Positions 1 through 13,000 of a stretch of 64,000 nucleotides of DNA are shown here, piece after piece. This DNA is from Cyanophora paradoxa CCMP329 (lineage: Eukaryota; Plantae; Glaucophyta). A model generated the notes under the pieces. That model was not told the DNA's origin, did not search any database, and saw nothing but the letters and a program-made list of their open reading frames with translations. The stretch is from contig QPMI01000457.1 of the NCBI GenBank assembly GCA_004431415.1, positions 186,001 through 250,000 of the forward strand, given 5' to 3'. Within the stretch, counting starts at the first letter, position 1, and every line of letters begins with the position of its first letter. Position numbers and translations under genes: made by a program.

Positions 1-2039
1 GCCGCCGCCCAGTTCGCCACCAGCGCTGCCAAAAGAGGCTCGCTCGGGCCAAGGAAGACACAGAGGGGTACAGAAAACGAGAAAGGGGGGCACCGCTCTT
101 GCTGGAGCCGCCGTCGCCGGTGAGGACGAGCGCCTCGGGCCCGCCGCCCGCCGCGTACGCGTCCAGCGCCGCGAAGTCGCCTTCAAAGAATTCAGAGGGA
201 CGGGGGGGTGAGGGGCGAGATCGAAAGGGGGGCGGGCGTGCCGGGGGGCGGGGCGAAGGCGCGGCGGCGGGAGGCGGCGAAGGCGGCGTGGGCGGCGCGC
301 TCGCGCTCGAGCCAGGGGCGCCCCGCCTCCTCCTCCGGGAAGTCCCGCCCGATCACCTGCGCCCCCGCTTCTTACTTCCTTTCCTCCTTTCGTTCTTCGA
401 TCTCTCTGTACCCTGGCGAGGTCGTCGCGGAGCGCGAGGGCGAGCTCGTCGGGCCCCTCGTACTCCGCCACCGGCACCCCTGCCCGCGAGTCGAAGTCTC
501 AGATCCAGAGGGCGTCTGGACGGCGGGCGGGGGGAGGGCCGGACCCGAGGCGCGGATCTCGGCCTTGAGGGCGTCCAGGCGGGCGCCGGCGGCGGGACCC
601 TCGCCCCCGCCCGCCGCCGCCCCCCGCAGCAGGTCCCGCCCCGCGTAGTAGAAGAGCGCCCGGCCCCGCGCCCCCTGCGCCGCCGTCGCGTCGGCCCCGT
701 CCGAGCCGCTCGGCGTTCTGTGGCAAATACAAAGCAAGCACCTCGGGGTCGTTGAGGAGGCCCGCGCGGATCTCGATCTCCGTCACGCTGCGGTCCCGCC
801 AGGCCTCCACCCAGGGGAACTCGCCCGCCGCCCGCCGCAGGTTCCTGCCGCCCCCGCGCTCGGCCGCACGCGGGGGGGGGGGGGGGGGGGGGGGGAGGGG
901 AGGGGGGAAGGAGGAGGTGTATGGAGGGGGCGGAGGAGAGGGGAGGGGGGATGGAAGCGGGGGAGGGAGGGGGGGGTGAGGGGGTGGTGGGATGGAGGCG
1001 GGGGGGGGGGGGAGAGGGGAGGGAGGGATGGAGGGGGGGGGGGGGAAGCGCAGCGCACAGAGAGAAGAGGGCGTTCCCCTCGTCGCCCGGGGCCGCATCG
1101 GGCCGGTGGTGCCACCCGTAGCGCCCTGCGGGGCGCCGCGACCGCACGCGTCAGAGCGGAAGCGGAGCCCGGGGCCGGGCGGCGCAGGGGCGGGGGCGGG
1201 CCCTTGATGATGCCGACGAAGTACGCGCTGCGCGCGACCTCGCGGAGGCAGAGGAGGCAGACGTCGCCCTCCTTGCAGCTCTCGTCCGAGATGCCCCACC
1301 TGGCATGGCCCAGCGCGCGCCGCCCCCGCCCGTACACGTAAGCTACGCTCGGCGCCTTTTGGAGGGAGGGCGGAGGCCTAAGCGCGGACCGGAGGTCGAC
1401 GGCGTGGAAGAAGACGCCGCGGGCGTCGCAGAGGGCGCGCAACTTGGGCGAGGCGAGCGCGCGGATGGCGTCCCGCTCCGCCTGCATGTCCTGGAAGGTG
1501 CTCGAGAGGAAGACCCGCGCCACGTGCGCGCGCGTCTCCCGCCCCGGGCGCCCTCGCGAGGCCGCGGCGACGGCGCCGCTCTTGCTTCTAATCGATCCCT
1601 GCGCGCGTGCGCACGCGCCCGTGAGCGCGGCGGCGGCGGCGATCGACTTAGCCGCTCGAGCTCCGCGCCGGATCCATGTTAACACTCGGCTTGATCATGA
1701 CGTATGCGCCGTGCGGGGCGGGCCCAGGCGATCGAAGCAAGCAAAGAGGTAGATAGCCTTGAGACGCACCTCTAGCTGGCCCAGTGCCGACGGCGTCGCG
1801 CTGGGGGACCTGGTGGAGGCTTGAGTGGCGACGGCCGAGCTCCCGCCCGTGCGCTGCGTGGAAGTGGGTGGCTCGATCGTTATCTGGGGCTTTAGAGAGT
1901 TCTGTTGTGCTGGTTTCGGCGGCTCGCAGGCGTCGAACTGCACGACAACCTCTTTGACAGATCTAGAGCTGATCGCAACGTGCCCGTCACGGCGCAGGCC
2001 GAGCTCGGGCGGGGTCGGGCGCGATCTGCAGCAGCCCAT
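1..2039 (-). CDS. Host multi-exon gene, DUF4062-domain protein (NPHP3/TTC41/NWD-like N-terminus); runs off the window start
   Basis: Exons give RVFLSSTFQDMQAERD...FFHAVDLR/WGISDE...CLREVARSAYFVGIIKG/RYGW and SVTEIEIRAGLL, the DUF4062 signature. N-terminal MGCC (myristoyl/palmitoyl-like). GT-AG and GC-AG introns separate the motifs. Confidence 0.8.
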
Positions 2040-2369
2040 TTTGTTCTTACGAGGCCAAGACGCCGACCGGCGTCGCTAACTGCTGATCGGATCAGGTTTG
2101 GTGGGGGCCGGGGTACGCAAACGCGGGTCCGACTTCAGAAACCAGTTCGAATTCGCTCTGATCATGAGCAGCAACACTCGGAGCCCTTCTAGATTTCGCT
2201 ATTGCCGCGCTCGCTCGCAGCGCATCCGCAGACGCGAACCCCAAGCAGCCCAGCGCGATGCAGGTCAGCCGATGCTGCCGCGAGGCCTCGCGTCCGCGCA
2301 GCCGAGGCCCCCTCTTACTTCGCCGTCGCTGATCAGCCGCGCACGCAGGCGGATGGAGGCTGGGCGACA

Positions 2370-5300
2370 ATGCTGCCGAAGAGCGGCGTGGTCTACAAGC
2401 GCACAGGCCTCGGCCTGCGCAAGCGCACGCTCACGGTCAGCGCCGACGAGATCCTCTACGGAAAACCTAATTCGGTTCGCGGCCTGCTCGCCCGCGCGCT
2501 CCACCAGGATCGAGCCTGACGTAGTCTCGCAACGTTGACGCAGTCGAAAGTGCGGACATACGCGCTGCCGGACCCGCAGCAGGGGGCGCGCTGGGTCCGC
2601 TCGCTGCCGGGGGCGCACGGCAGCAAGCGGGGCTTTGAGGTGCACGTGCCGGGCCGCTCGCTCGCGCTCTTCGCGTGCTCTGCGGAGGAGCGCGACGCGT
2701 GGCTCGCCGCCCTCCGCGCCGCCGGCTTTCGCGACCTCCAGGACGGCTCCGTCCCTCCCCCGGTCGCCCCCTGCTCCGTGCGCGCCGCCGGCCCGCATTT
2801 CTTCGGGCGGGATCAACCCCCGAGCACGCGCAGCTGACAGCGGCGGGATCGGGCGGGAGGGAGCTGCCTTCGACGCCAGAGGACTCGCCGCGCTGCGGCG
2901 CCGCCGCTGCCGCTGCCTTCGAGGGCCCTTTCTTCGATGGGGACGCCCCGGGGCCCCTCCCGACGGGCCCCGCCCTCTTCCGCCTGCCCCGCGCCCCCGC
3001 GTGGGACCTGCCCCTTCCCCACCGCCGCCCCGCGGGCCCCGCCGCCTCGCCTAGGTCCCTCTCCTCCGGAGCCGCACTCGCCGCCGCCCTCCGCGACTCT
3101 GGCGTGCGTTCCGCCCCGCCCCGCCCGCCCGCCCCACCCCGCGCGCCCGGCGCGGCCCGACGGGGCGCAGCGGCCCGGGTGGAGCTGCGGGCGCTGGCCG
3201 AGTACGCGTGCGAGCACGTGGCGCGGCTGGCGGCCCCGGCGCCGCCGAGTGTCTCGAGGTCGCCCACCTCGCCTGCTCCCGCCTCCGCGGCCCCGCAAAC
3301 CGCGTCCGCCCGCCCGCCCGCCCGTCCCGTGCCCTCCCCGGACCCGCCCTCACGCGCTGCAGGCGCTGCTGCTGTTGCTGGCGAAGGCGACGGCGGGTGC
3401 GGCGGCGGCCCTCGCCTCTGGGGGCGGGGCCGAGGGCGGCGGCTGGGCCCCTGCCCACGTCCTCGCCGAGGCGCGCCCCGCCACGCGCCGGAGCCCCCGC
3501 CTGCACTCAGCGCGCCCCCGCAGGCGCTGGGGCGGTCGTGGCCGGGGACGCTGGACGACGAGACCGTCTTCGGCGTCGCCGCCGCCGCCCGCGTGCGCTG
3601 CCGCCCGCCCGCCCGCCCTCTGCGGGCCCGGCCCTTCGCGGCCTCTCACGCCCCCGGCAGAGCTTCGTGCAGCGGGCGGCCGCGCTGCTGGAGGGCTGGG
3701 AGCCGGGCGCCGGCGAGGGCGCCGCGGAGCCGGCGGCGCCCGAGCGGCCGCGCGGGGTGGCGTGGCCGGGGAGCCCCAAGGGCGCCTGGCGCGGGGCGGC
3801 GGGGGCAGCGACGGCGGCGGCGGCGGGGCCGGCCGCGCAGGCGGTGTTCGCGGTGCAGGCGGCGGGGGCGCTGGTGGAGGGGCTGCAGGCGGCGGCGCGG
3901 GGCAGCGGGGCGGCCCTCGCGGAGTGCTTCGCGCGGGGCGGGCCCCTCGCCGCCGCCGACGCGCTGCTCGCGCGGCTCGAGGCGGCGGACCGGGAGCCGG
4001 CGGCGCGCCCCGAGGCGGCGTACGCGCGGGCCGCCCTCCGCGACCTCGCCGCCCTCGCCGTCGAGGCCGCCCGCGGCGCCCCCGCCCGGACTCCCCTCCC
4101 TCGACTCGGCCCGCCCCACGCCCGCCCGCCCCCTCGCCTGCGCCTTCGCCGCCTGACGCGCGTGCCTCAGGCGCTGCGGGAGGCGGCGGGGCGCGCGGGG
4201 CCGGTGCGGAGTGGGCGGAGGGCCTCACGGGCGCCGAGGGCGGCGCCGGGCTCGCCTTGGTGCCCCCTGGGGTCCTCCTGGACTGCCTGCTGCTGCGGGC
4301 CGGGCCCGACGCGCCCTGCGGTGTCCTGCTCGAGGCGGTGCGCGCGGCGGCGGCGGCCCGGCGCGACTGGTACGCCGCCGCGCGCCTCTGGCGCGCGCTC
4401 CTCGAGCGCGGCCGCGCCCGCGAGGCCCGCCCCCGACCCCGCCCGCCCCGCCTCCCGACCGGCCCGCGCTGAGCGCCGCACAGGCGGACCGACTGCTGGT
4501 GGAGGGCGGGGCCTCACTGGCGCGGCTCGCGGTGGGAAGCCCGCTGGGCCCCTGGCTCGCCGGGCGCCTCCGCCTCCTCGCCGCCTCGGCGCCCGAGCCG
4601 GAGCTCGCCGCCTCCGCCCTCCGCCGCCTTGGCTCTCTCGCCCGCTCCGCCGCCGCTGCCGCCGCCGCCGCCGGCTCGCACTCGGCGCGCGGCGCGGGCC
4701 CCGGCCCCTGGGGCCCCGCCGCGCTTCTCGCGGCGGCCGCGCGCGCCGTGACGAGCCTCGCGTGCCACCCCGAGCCCGCGCGCCGCCGCGCCGCCCGCGC
4801 CGTACTCGGCTCCTTCGCTCTCCCTTCGACGGCGCCCGGCCCCGCGCCGGACGCCGCCGCGTCGCTCCTCGCGGGGCGGCGGCGGAGGAGATGAGCCGGG
4901 CGGCGGCGGCGGCGCTGGGCGGCCTCGCCCCCGCCGAGTCCTGCCGCCGCCTCGGCGCCCCCGGCCCCGCGGCCCTCCCCGTGCAGCCCGCCGCCGCCTC
5001 CCGTGCGCCTCGCCGCCCCGCCGCACCTATCGCCGCTTACGCGGGCGCAGGTGCACGGAGGAGAGCGCACAGGCGGCGTCGGCGGTGCTGCGGGCGGCAC
5101 GGGCGCGGCTGCTGCGGGAGGGCCCGCCGCCGCCCTCGGACGACGAGGACGCGGACGGAGCGTGCGCCAGAACCAGCGTCGGGCGCGCGATGCCGCTGCC
5201 GCCGCCGCGCCGCCGGGGCGCCGCGGAGGAGGCCAGCTTCGCCGTGCGCGGCTCGCTGCAGCACCCGCGGCTCCTGCCGCCTGCCGAGAGCGGCGCCGAG

Positions 5301-5730
5301 GGCTCCGACTCGGTGCGCGCCCGCCCCCCCCCCCCCCCCGCTTCTCGATGCGCCTCACGGGCCGGGCAGAGCCGCGTCTTCGACGCCGTGCCGCTGACGC
5401 CGGCGGCGCGGCCCGGGCTCTCGGACGCGGAGGCGGATCCGGAGAGCCCGCCGCCGAGCTCGGAGGCGAAGCCGCGCCTGGCGAAGCGGCTGCACGCGCA
5501 CCTCGAGGTCGGCGGCAGCGGCTGCAGAGGGCCCGAAGGGGGCGGGGGCGGAGGGCACCCCGCGGGCGGCGCGGGAGCGGCGGGGCGCTGCGGGCGCTGC
5601 TGCCGTGCGTGTCGTGCCGGTGCGAGGGGGCGTCGCGGCGCTGCCTGGCGGCGCGCCCCTGCGCCTGCTGCACGAGCGCCGACGTGGCCACCTTCCTCGA
5701 CGAGGTCGTCGGCATCGACGTCCGCCCCCG

Positions 5731-5763
<33 letters not shown>

Positions 5764-5935
5764 TAAAGCTTCTTTCTCTCAGGTCGAGTGGCCGCCGATG
5801 ACGCCGCCCCCCGAGCCGCCGGTCTTCTCCCCCGCCCGCCCCAAGCTCAAGCCCGCCGCGGCCGGCTGGGCCGAGCCCCGCCCCTGGGAGAAGGGGGCCT
5901 GCCCCCGCCGCGCCGACGACCGATTGTACATGTAG
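2370..5935 (+). CDS. Host multi-exon gene with N-terminal PH domain, Ala/Leu-rich helical body and Cys-rich C-terminus
   Basis: MLPKSGVVYKRTG..RKRTLTV / FEVHVPGRSLALFACSAEERDAWLAALRA is a PH-domain pattern. Short introns with CTGAC/CTCAC branch sites. Exact exon structure not resolved. Confidence 0.65.
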
Positions 5936-7039
5936 CTTCACTAGTACTGGACTGTACGTGTACAGCTAGGAGTCCTGCTTGGGGCTGGCCCGGGCGATCG
6001 CGATCGCGAACTCCGGATCCTGCGACCACACCGTCAGGTAGCCTATATATATAGCTAGTATACGTAGAAGATTAAGACGTACGTGCCTGGCCATGCATGG
6101 GGTTTAAAGAGGGCGCAAACTGCAATCGGACCATATCCGCAGCACCTCCGGATCCCGCGTAGCTGCAGCTGGACCGCTATTGAGGCCGATCTAAATCTGT
6201 GCAAGAACAGGCCCGCAACCGCGGATCCGGATGAGGGATATCGATGCCAGGGCATGCACAGAGCTGGCAGGGTCTCAGAGTCTGTCAGCGGCTGCGTCTT
6301 CGTGAAGACCTTCAAAGCGAGCGACTTCAGGCTAGGGCTGGAGCGGCCGCGGCCGTCCGACCAGCTGCACTGCGGCAGCCGCCGCGGAATGAAGCGATTC
6401 AACTCCGTCGTCAGGATCATCCTGCAAGCTTCAGAGAATGTCACGGTGTTGGGCGAAGTCGGCCGAGATGATACCACGCGCAAGCTTGCGCTGAAGCTTA
6501 TGGCCAGAAGCGTATGGTCGCTTAGCTATAGTCCCACACTGAGTATTGTGCGCGTTGCTTTTTAATTTGCAATTGTCTCATGCGATCAAGATTGGTACGC
6601 TAAGAGATCTTGTTCTGATTTCGAATTCGAATATACTGCCGGCCTTCCACTCTACTCTAGTTGACTAAAAAACAATTGGATGTCTGCGAAACGCGAAATT
6701 TGGCGGCTCGGGCGCCGCGCTTGTACATGTTTTGCTGCGAAAACCGGGTATGCTAGCGCAAGGCGACGTCGACTCGGATCAAATTTAGACTGCAGCTGCA
6801 GCTGTAAAGTACTAGTGAGGCTCGACTAACTATAGCTACTTTACTGATTTACCACCCATTAATTCGAAAGCGAAAGTACTACGGTAGGCGAACAATTCCG
6901 AGATACATCGATATCATTATATTCGCCGAGAATTCGAAATGCTTGTTTATTCCCCGAGCTGCTATATATATTGCTTTAATTTGCGGTGCATCTCGGGCCT
7001 GGTACATTATAAAGCATCGATACATCGAGATCGATGATG

Positions 7040-10000
7040 CCAATCACCACAGGCTCGCGAAATCGATCCCGGCGCTGAATAAAAGCCCCATACATATGGC
7101 CATAAGCACCTAACAAAAGCAAGATGAGCGAGCAGCTTGTTTTGAATTCGCTCGGGTGGCGGCTCACCGTGATCGCGGACGATTGCAACGCCGTTGCAGC
7201 ACTCGGCCAGTACGGAACGTTATAATTAGAGGCGGATCCGGTGCTTACGAACTTGAAGCCCTGCCGATTGCGAACACCAAAACGTCAGAGAACTCGCCAG
7301 AAACAATGCGCAGAAAAATATCAATCGCAGATATTGCAAACGCACGTTTGCTAAGACAACCGGAGCGAATTGGCTCTGCTGAGAAGAACCCGGAGCAGGC
7401 TCAATGCGGATGTTGTACTGCATAAGATGTCAGTGCCAGTAACCGCAGCGGCCCGGGAAATGAGATACGTGTACGGACCAGTGTGTCGACGGTGAAGAGG
7501 AGGTGGCGACGGGCGATCTTTGGCGGCTCTATGCGGAAACATGTAGATTAAAATAGGCATCGATCGCGAATTATATATTTGGTAACGGCGCATGTGGTAA
7601 CGGCGCTTGTGGATGCGCACTAAATTTCACAATAACATTGAGGCCGGCGCCTTCAACGGTTTCGTCCGAGGCCCGAAGCTTGTTGCCGGCATTGTCGGTG
7701 ACATAGACAGCAATTTGTTGACCAGCCTGCGTATAACCATTATAATTAAATATGCAAAGACCCCGAGAGTCGACGCCGCAAAATCCTCGTATAAGTATGA
7801 ACAGCGCTAGCGCAAATGCAAGTTTAGGACAGCGCTAATCCTGAATGCGACAGGCTCGAGGTCGGAGGGGTTTTCACCTGGAGTAGATTGATGACAGGGA
7901 TGGTGATGAATTCGGTCGACCCAGTCTGTAACGGCATATAGTGGGTAATGATCACGAGCATTTTTCACGAACCGCCGATATCGACTGGATTCAAATTTGA
8001 CAACCATGATCACCTGAGGAACGGAAATGACAAGGGCGGGGTTCGTAATCGCGAGCTTGTAGACGGTGGAGCCAGAACTTTCCTGCTCTTTTGTGTCACC
8101 GAAATATCATATCTAGAGCTACTTTTTTGTTCGAAAGAACGTAATTATAACATACCATTTCAGGCACGAACTGAGAGGAGCTTACGTTTAACTGCGCGTA
8201 GATATATCATAGATTACTCGTGTTTAGTTGAACCGTTGAACCGTGATTGGTATTGGAAATGTGTGATGATATGCGGACCGTCACGCCGTTTATGCGGACC
8301 GAGATAACAGCGGTGGAGCCAGTCTCGAGGGATTTCTGTGCGCACATTAAGTAAGTGCACGTGGGCTTCGAATTAATATTCATGATTAATGGCAATTTCA
8401 ATCTGAGTGAGAGGATTCGAAGTAAAAGAAAGTCCGAACCAGCGGTGGAATGGCCAGGGGCGACGGAGACGGTGACGGCGTTGCGGTCGGCGTGCTGGGG
8501 CTGGCCATGGTGGGCGGGCTAGCGCTGGGGGTGGGCGACGGGATGGCGCCTGCGACGGGCGACGGGGATGGGCTCGGGCCGGCCATGGCCATGGGCGAGG
8601 GGCTTGGGCTGGCCGATGGGCTGGCGCTCGGCGAGGGGCTAGCGCTGGGCGATGGCGAGGGGCTAGCGCTGGGCGAAGGGGATGGGCTGCGCTTGGTTTC
8701 ATCAAAGCGTCTTACACGCGAGCGCGGGGCAGATACGCGCTTGCCTGGCGAAAGGCGAGGGCGAGGGGGCACGTCAAACAGCGGCAGTGAGAACCGTATA
8801 GATTACACATTGCAATTCGGACTTCACAAATGCACCTCGGGGATGGGGTAGGGGAGGGGGCGCAAGAAACTGCAACCGCAATGCAAGCGCGCGCGCGAGG
8901 TCAAAGTTAAATGTAAAACAGTTGAAGATCACGAAATTCTCAATTGCACCAAGTGTCGCCGTCGCGTTCATCCCATTATATGGCTTGGAGCCAGGCGCGC
9001 TGCAACAATCCGCAACGAAGACGACGAGCATCTCGCTACCGGCGGCTGTCGTGTACGAGGCAGTGTCAGCGGGCTTGCCGGAGCGCGCCCCAAGGTTTGA
9101 GACAGCGTTCGTTCCAGGGCGAGCCGCTCCATTGATCTCAAAGATCTGCGCAATTTACATATACTCGAATTCATATGCGCAGCCCGGCCCGCGCCGCGCA
9201 GTGCTTGAGTCTAAAGACTGCAGCTGTGGCCGGTAACCTACCAAATCTAAAAATGCAACGTAAGTTCACGGTTAACGTTGTCTTTATTGTGCTCGTTATA
9301 TATATTTGTGAGCTTAAGCTTCCATTCATTTATTGAATATACTTTGTGGTTTTGTTTTCTTAAGCTTAAGCTTGTTCGCCCCACCGTATGCGTAGTCTCT
9401 CAAAAATATTTGTAATATCACTACGTATACCTACGTATGCGGGGGGTTCGCCCCCGGCGCGGGCCCACCGTATCTATATACTCTCTCAAAAACAAATTCA
9501 AATTCAGCGCACATTGATGTAATCATTTGCGTCCGTACTGAGACCAGAAATTGATAGAGACGGCTGACTCCCAGCAAAGCAGCCAGAACTGGGCGCCAGT
9601 TTTACGTGCCTGCTTGACGGCACGTGCGATTGCGTCATCATAGATAATTGCAAGGGGGGAAAAGAAGACCGAAGGTCTTCCCCCCCTTGCTTCCCGTTCC
9701 CTCGCTTCAGCCAAAACTTTTCTATGAGGCCGTTTTCGAGGTCCAGTATGCAACGAAATTGTATTCTATTCTTTTTCCGATTGGCTCGGTCGACCGGTCA
9801 GCTCTCGACTTTCGAGCGTCGAATTCGAGGGGAAAAAGTGGTTTTCGAGGGGAAAACTAACTTCTCTCTAACTCCGGTCTTCGAATTCCTTGCGCGCTTC
9901 TGCATGGAACCAGTACTAGTTCTCCCTAGCTGTCTCCTCTAGATTTAGGCTTCCTCGCAGTGCGTCGCGTACGCCTTGCTCTTTGTTGCGCGGTTCTGCA

Positions 10001-13000
10001 TGGAACCACTTCTCTCTAGCTGTCAACGTCTCTTACGCCAGCAGAACCGCGTGCGCCAGCCGAGCACGCCTGCTGAGCCGGGCGCTCTTGTTGCACTCGG
10101 CACCCGGTGACCCGGCCAGCAGACTAGTTCGCGTGCTGCACGACGTGGCGCTTGTCCGCTTAGTCTGCGCACCGCGTGCGCCCCGCGTTGCTCCGCGTGC
10201 CTGCGTCCCGTCGTCTGCCACCCGGCGAGCAGTCCAGTTCGGTTGCTGGGCACGGCGCGCCGCTGCACACGGATCAGGATCAGGCGCCGCTTTCAGCGCG
10301 TTACGGATCAGGCTTCTGTTGATTTCGTCACTCCAAGCCTTAAGCTTGCCGGGCTGGCGGCCGCTACGGCCGCTGGCTGCACTGCGGCTTATGCTTTAGC
10401 AGTGTTTGCAACAGCCGCCAGTTACCTTAGTCAGCAGGAGCTAAGCTGAAGCCCTGTCCTTGGCGAGGTTCAGACGAGATGGGACGGACATGTACGTATA
10501 TATACAGGGGGCCTCGTAGCCGGGAGAGATTTCCTGCCGTCGGACGCCCGATGCACGCTCTCATCGGCGTGCACCGGCGGAATTTGCTTACACTGTCCGG
10601 ACGGAGCCCGTCAACACTTTTGCTGGCGCAGGAGCTTAATTCGTCATGTCCAGCAACACGGTCGCAGCGCCCGAGTGCGTGCAGTTTCGATCGACCCGCG
10701 CGCCTGCAAAAACACAGCGGCTAACGCACGTATTCACCGCAACGCAGGGCACTCCCAATTCAGTAGTGCGTGCCTAGTCTTCAGTTGGCGTTCAGCAAAC
10801 TGAAATTATATTGCAAAAATTATATTGCATGCACGTGCACAGGGCGCCGCAGCTGAAGACCACAGAAGTCCTCCCACAGGCTTATCGTCACATCTTCCTC
10901 TGGCGGTACCCTCTCGTTGGTTGACATGCATCTCCCGGCCGCATTGACGTGTACTTTCAGCCTGGAGCGTTTCAACTGCCGCACACTCAGCGTGGAGCGT
11001 TTCAACTTCCTGAGACGAACATTGGAGCAGAGCCGGCCCATCAAATCAATCAGGTTTGCGATAGACTCATACATGCATTCCGAATAATGTGAATGACTTG
11101 TTGCTCCAGGTTTTGCCACCATCGTCGATCGCAGTGCGTGATGAAACTCAAGAGACTTAAAAAAACTTATTCAAATTGCTGAAATGCTATGCAGGAACTC
11201 TCCTCGAAACGCGTGCGCTGCAACGGGAGATCAGCTGATCGTGTATCGTCTTCGGACGAAAATGATCAGAATCACGCTGATTCAAGCCCTAACTTCCGCA
11301 TTCCGAATTCTGAATCCCGAACTCATGGTTTCGATTCCCGCGAAACCGAATGCGCATCCCGCGAAACTCAGCCGTCCGTGAGCCGGGAAGTGCAACGGCT
11401 CAGTTTCCAACATCCCGGACCGCGTTGGAGACCAGTGCGCTGTTTGGCGCCTGGTCCTTAATGCTATCCCTCAAGTTTAGTGCGTTCGCATCAGATGTCG
11501 TGCAGCACATGCAAGCGGCTTTTCACAGACAAGTTTTCTTTCGACCGGCACATGGAGCGTGCGAAGTGCTCGCCGCAGATTGTACTTCCCGACATGTCTC
11601 TTCCAACATCCGCAACGGTCGGCAAGTACCCGTGCAGGCAGTGCTCTATTGTCTGTCCGTCGGCTCCTTCCCTTCGCCAGCACGAGGCTGCACACGCCCG
11701 AGGTAATTTTTGTGCTGCGTTGTTGAACCATATCAATGTAGTGACGTTGCCCGCAATGCAGAGGCCGCAGAGGACGTAGTCGAGGACGTAGACCCGCACC
11801 AAGCGAAAGAAGAACGGCAGCGGCCGGGGCCGCCCCCGCCTCGAGCGCGCCGCGAGTCGGCTTCCTGCGCCCGCCCTGTCGTGCGAGGCACGGCGCCGAA
11901 AGGCTGGAAGGCCCGCACCAAGCGCGAGAACGGCAGCAGCAGCCGGGGCCGCCCCCGCCTCGAAGGCGCCGGCGGCAGCGGCCGGGGCCGCCCCCGCCTC
12001 GAGGACGCCGCGAGTCGGGCTCCCTGCGCCCGCCCCGTCGCGCAAGGCGCGGCGCCAACAGGCGGGGAACCCCGCACCAAGCGCTAGAAAGGAACGGCGG
12101 CAGCGCCCGGGGCCGCCCCTGCCTCGAGGGCGCCGCGAGTCGGGATCCCTGTGCCCGCCCCGTCGCGCGAGGCGCGGCGCCGAAAGGCGGGGAGGCCCGC
12201 ACCAAGCGAGAGAAGGGCGGCATCGGCCGGGGCCGCCCCCGCCTTACAATCATACATAATCTGTCTCTATCTTTACTACTTCAACCTGCCGCGCGCGCTG
12301 GGCCGGGGTCGATCTACATCTGCCCCGTGCATGTTCGTGCCACTACTACTCTTTCATTAGATCCAGATTCCCCCCTTGCACCCCCGGCGCGCCAGAACGC
12401 GGCCGGGCCCCTAGTATCGCAATTGCGTTATCATAACGGATCCCGGACCAGATGTGCAGCTGGTAGTCCTCGTAGCCGGGCTGCACGTTGAGCGTCGTGT
12501 TTACACCAGCAGAAACGAAGACCTCCGAGGAGATGAACCTTGCGGGGACACTTATCCAGTTTGTAGAGTCAGTCTTAATGGACGACAAGTCCGCGGCTCC
12601 GCTGGCCGTTTCTGCCGTACACGTAATCGCAAACGTTAACCTAAATTCCATATATATATCTGCGTATGCGGATTATATAATAATTACCACTAGATGCGAC
12701 GCTCTTGTATGTTGCGTTGAACTTGATTGGGACGCCAAAATCGCCCGGTAGCGATCCAAGTACGAGTAGGGTGTCGGACGAGCTCGTGAACCTCACCGGG
12801 AGTGGGGAGCTGGCGTTACGATTAGAGGCCAAGAGCACAGGGGGCGAAGCCCCCAGGTCGATGACCTGTACATGTGGCACGCGCAATGACAAGTTATATA
12901 TATTGATACTGAGCGCCAGCAAGTTGTATATGATGTTAAATCTTGTTTACCCGGATCAGGTCTCCTGAATAATAATCAAGCGAAGTATATCCATAGTTGA

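Noticed and set aside
99-6054. Many long overlapping Ala/Arg/Pro/Gly ORFs
   Set aside because: Artefacts of very high GC and read-through of short introns; only the DUF4062 and PH exon chains carry real motifs.
6055-6565. Possible small gene or exon
   Set aside because: No recognisable motif; cannot support a call.
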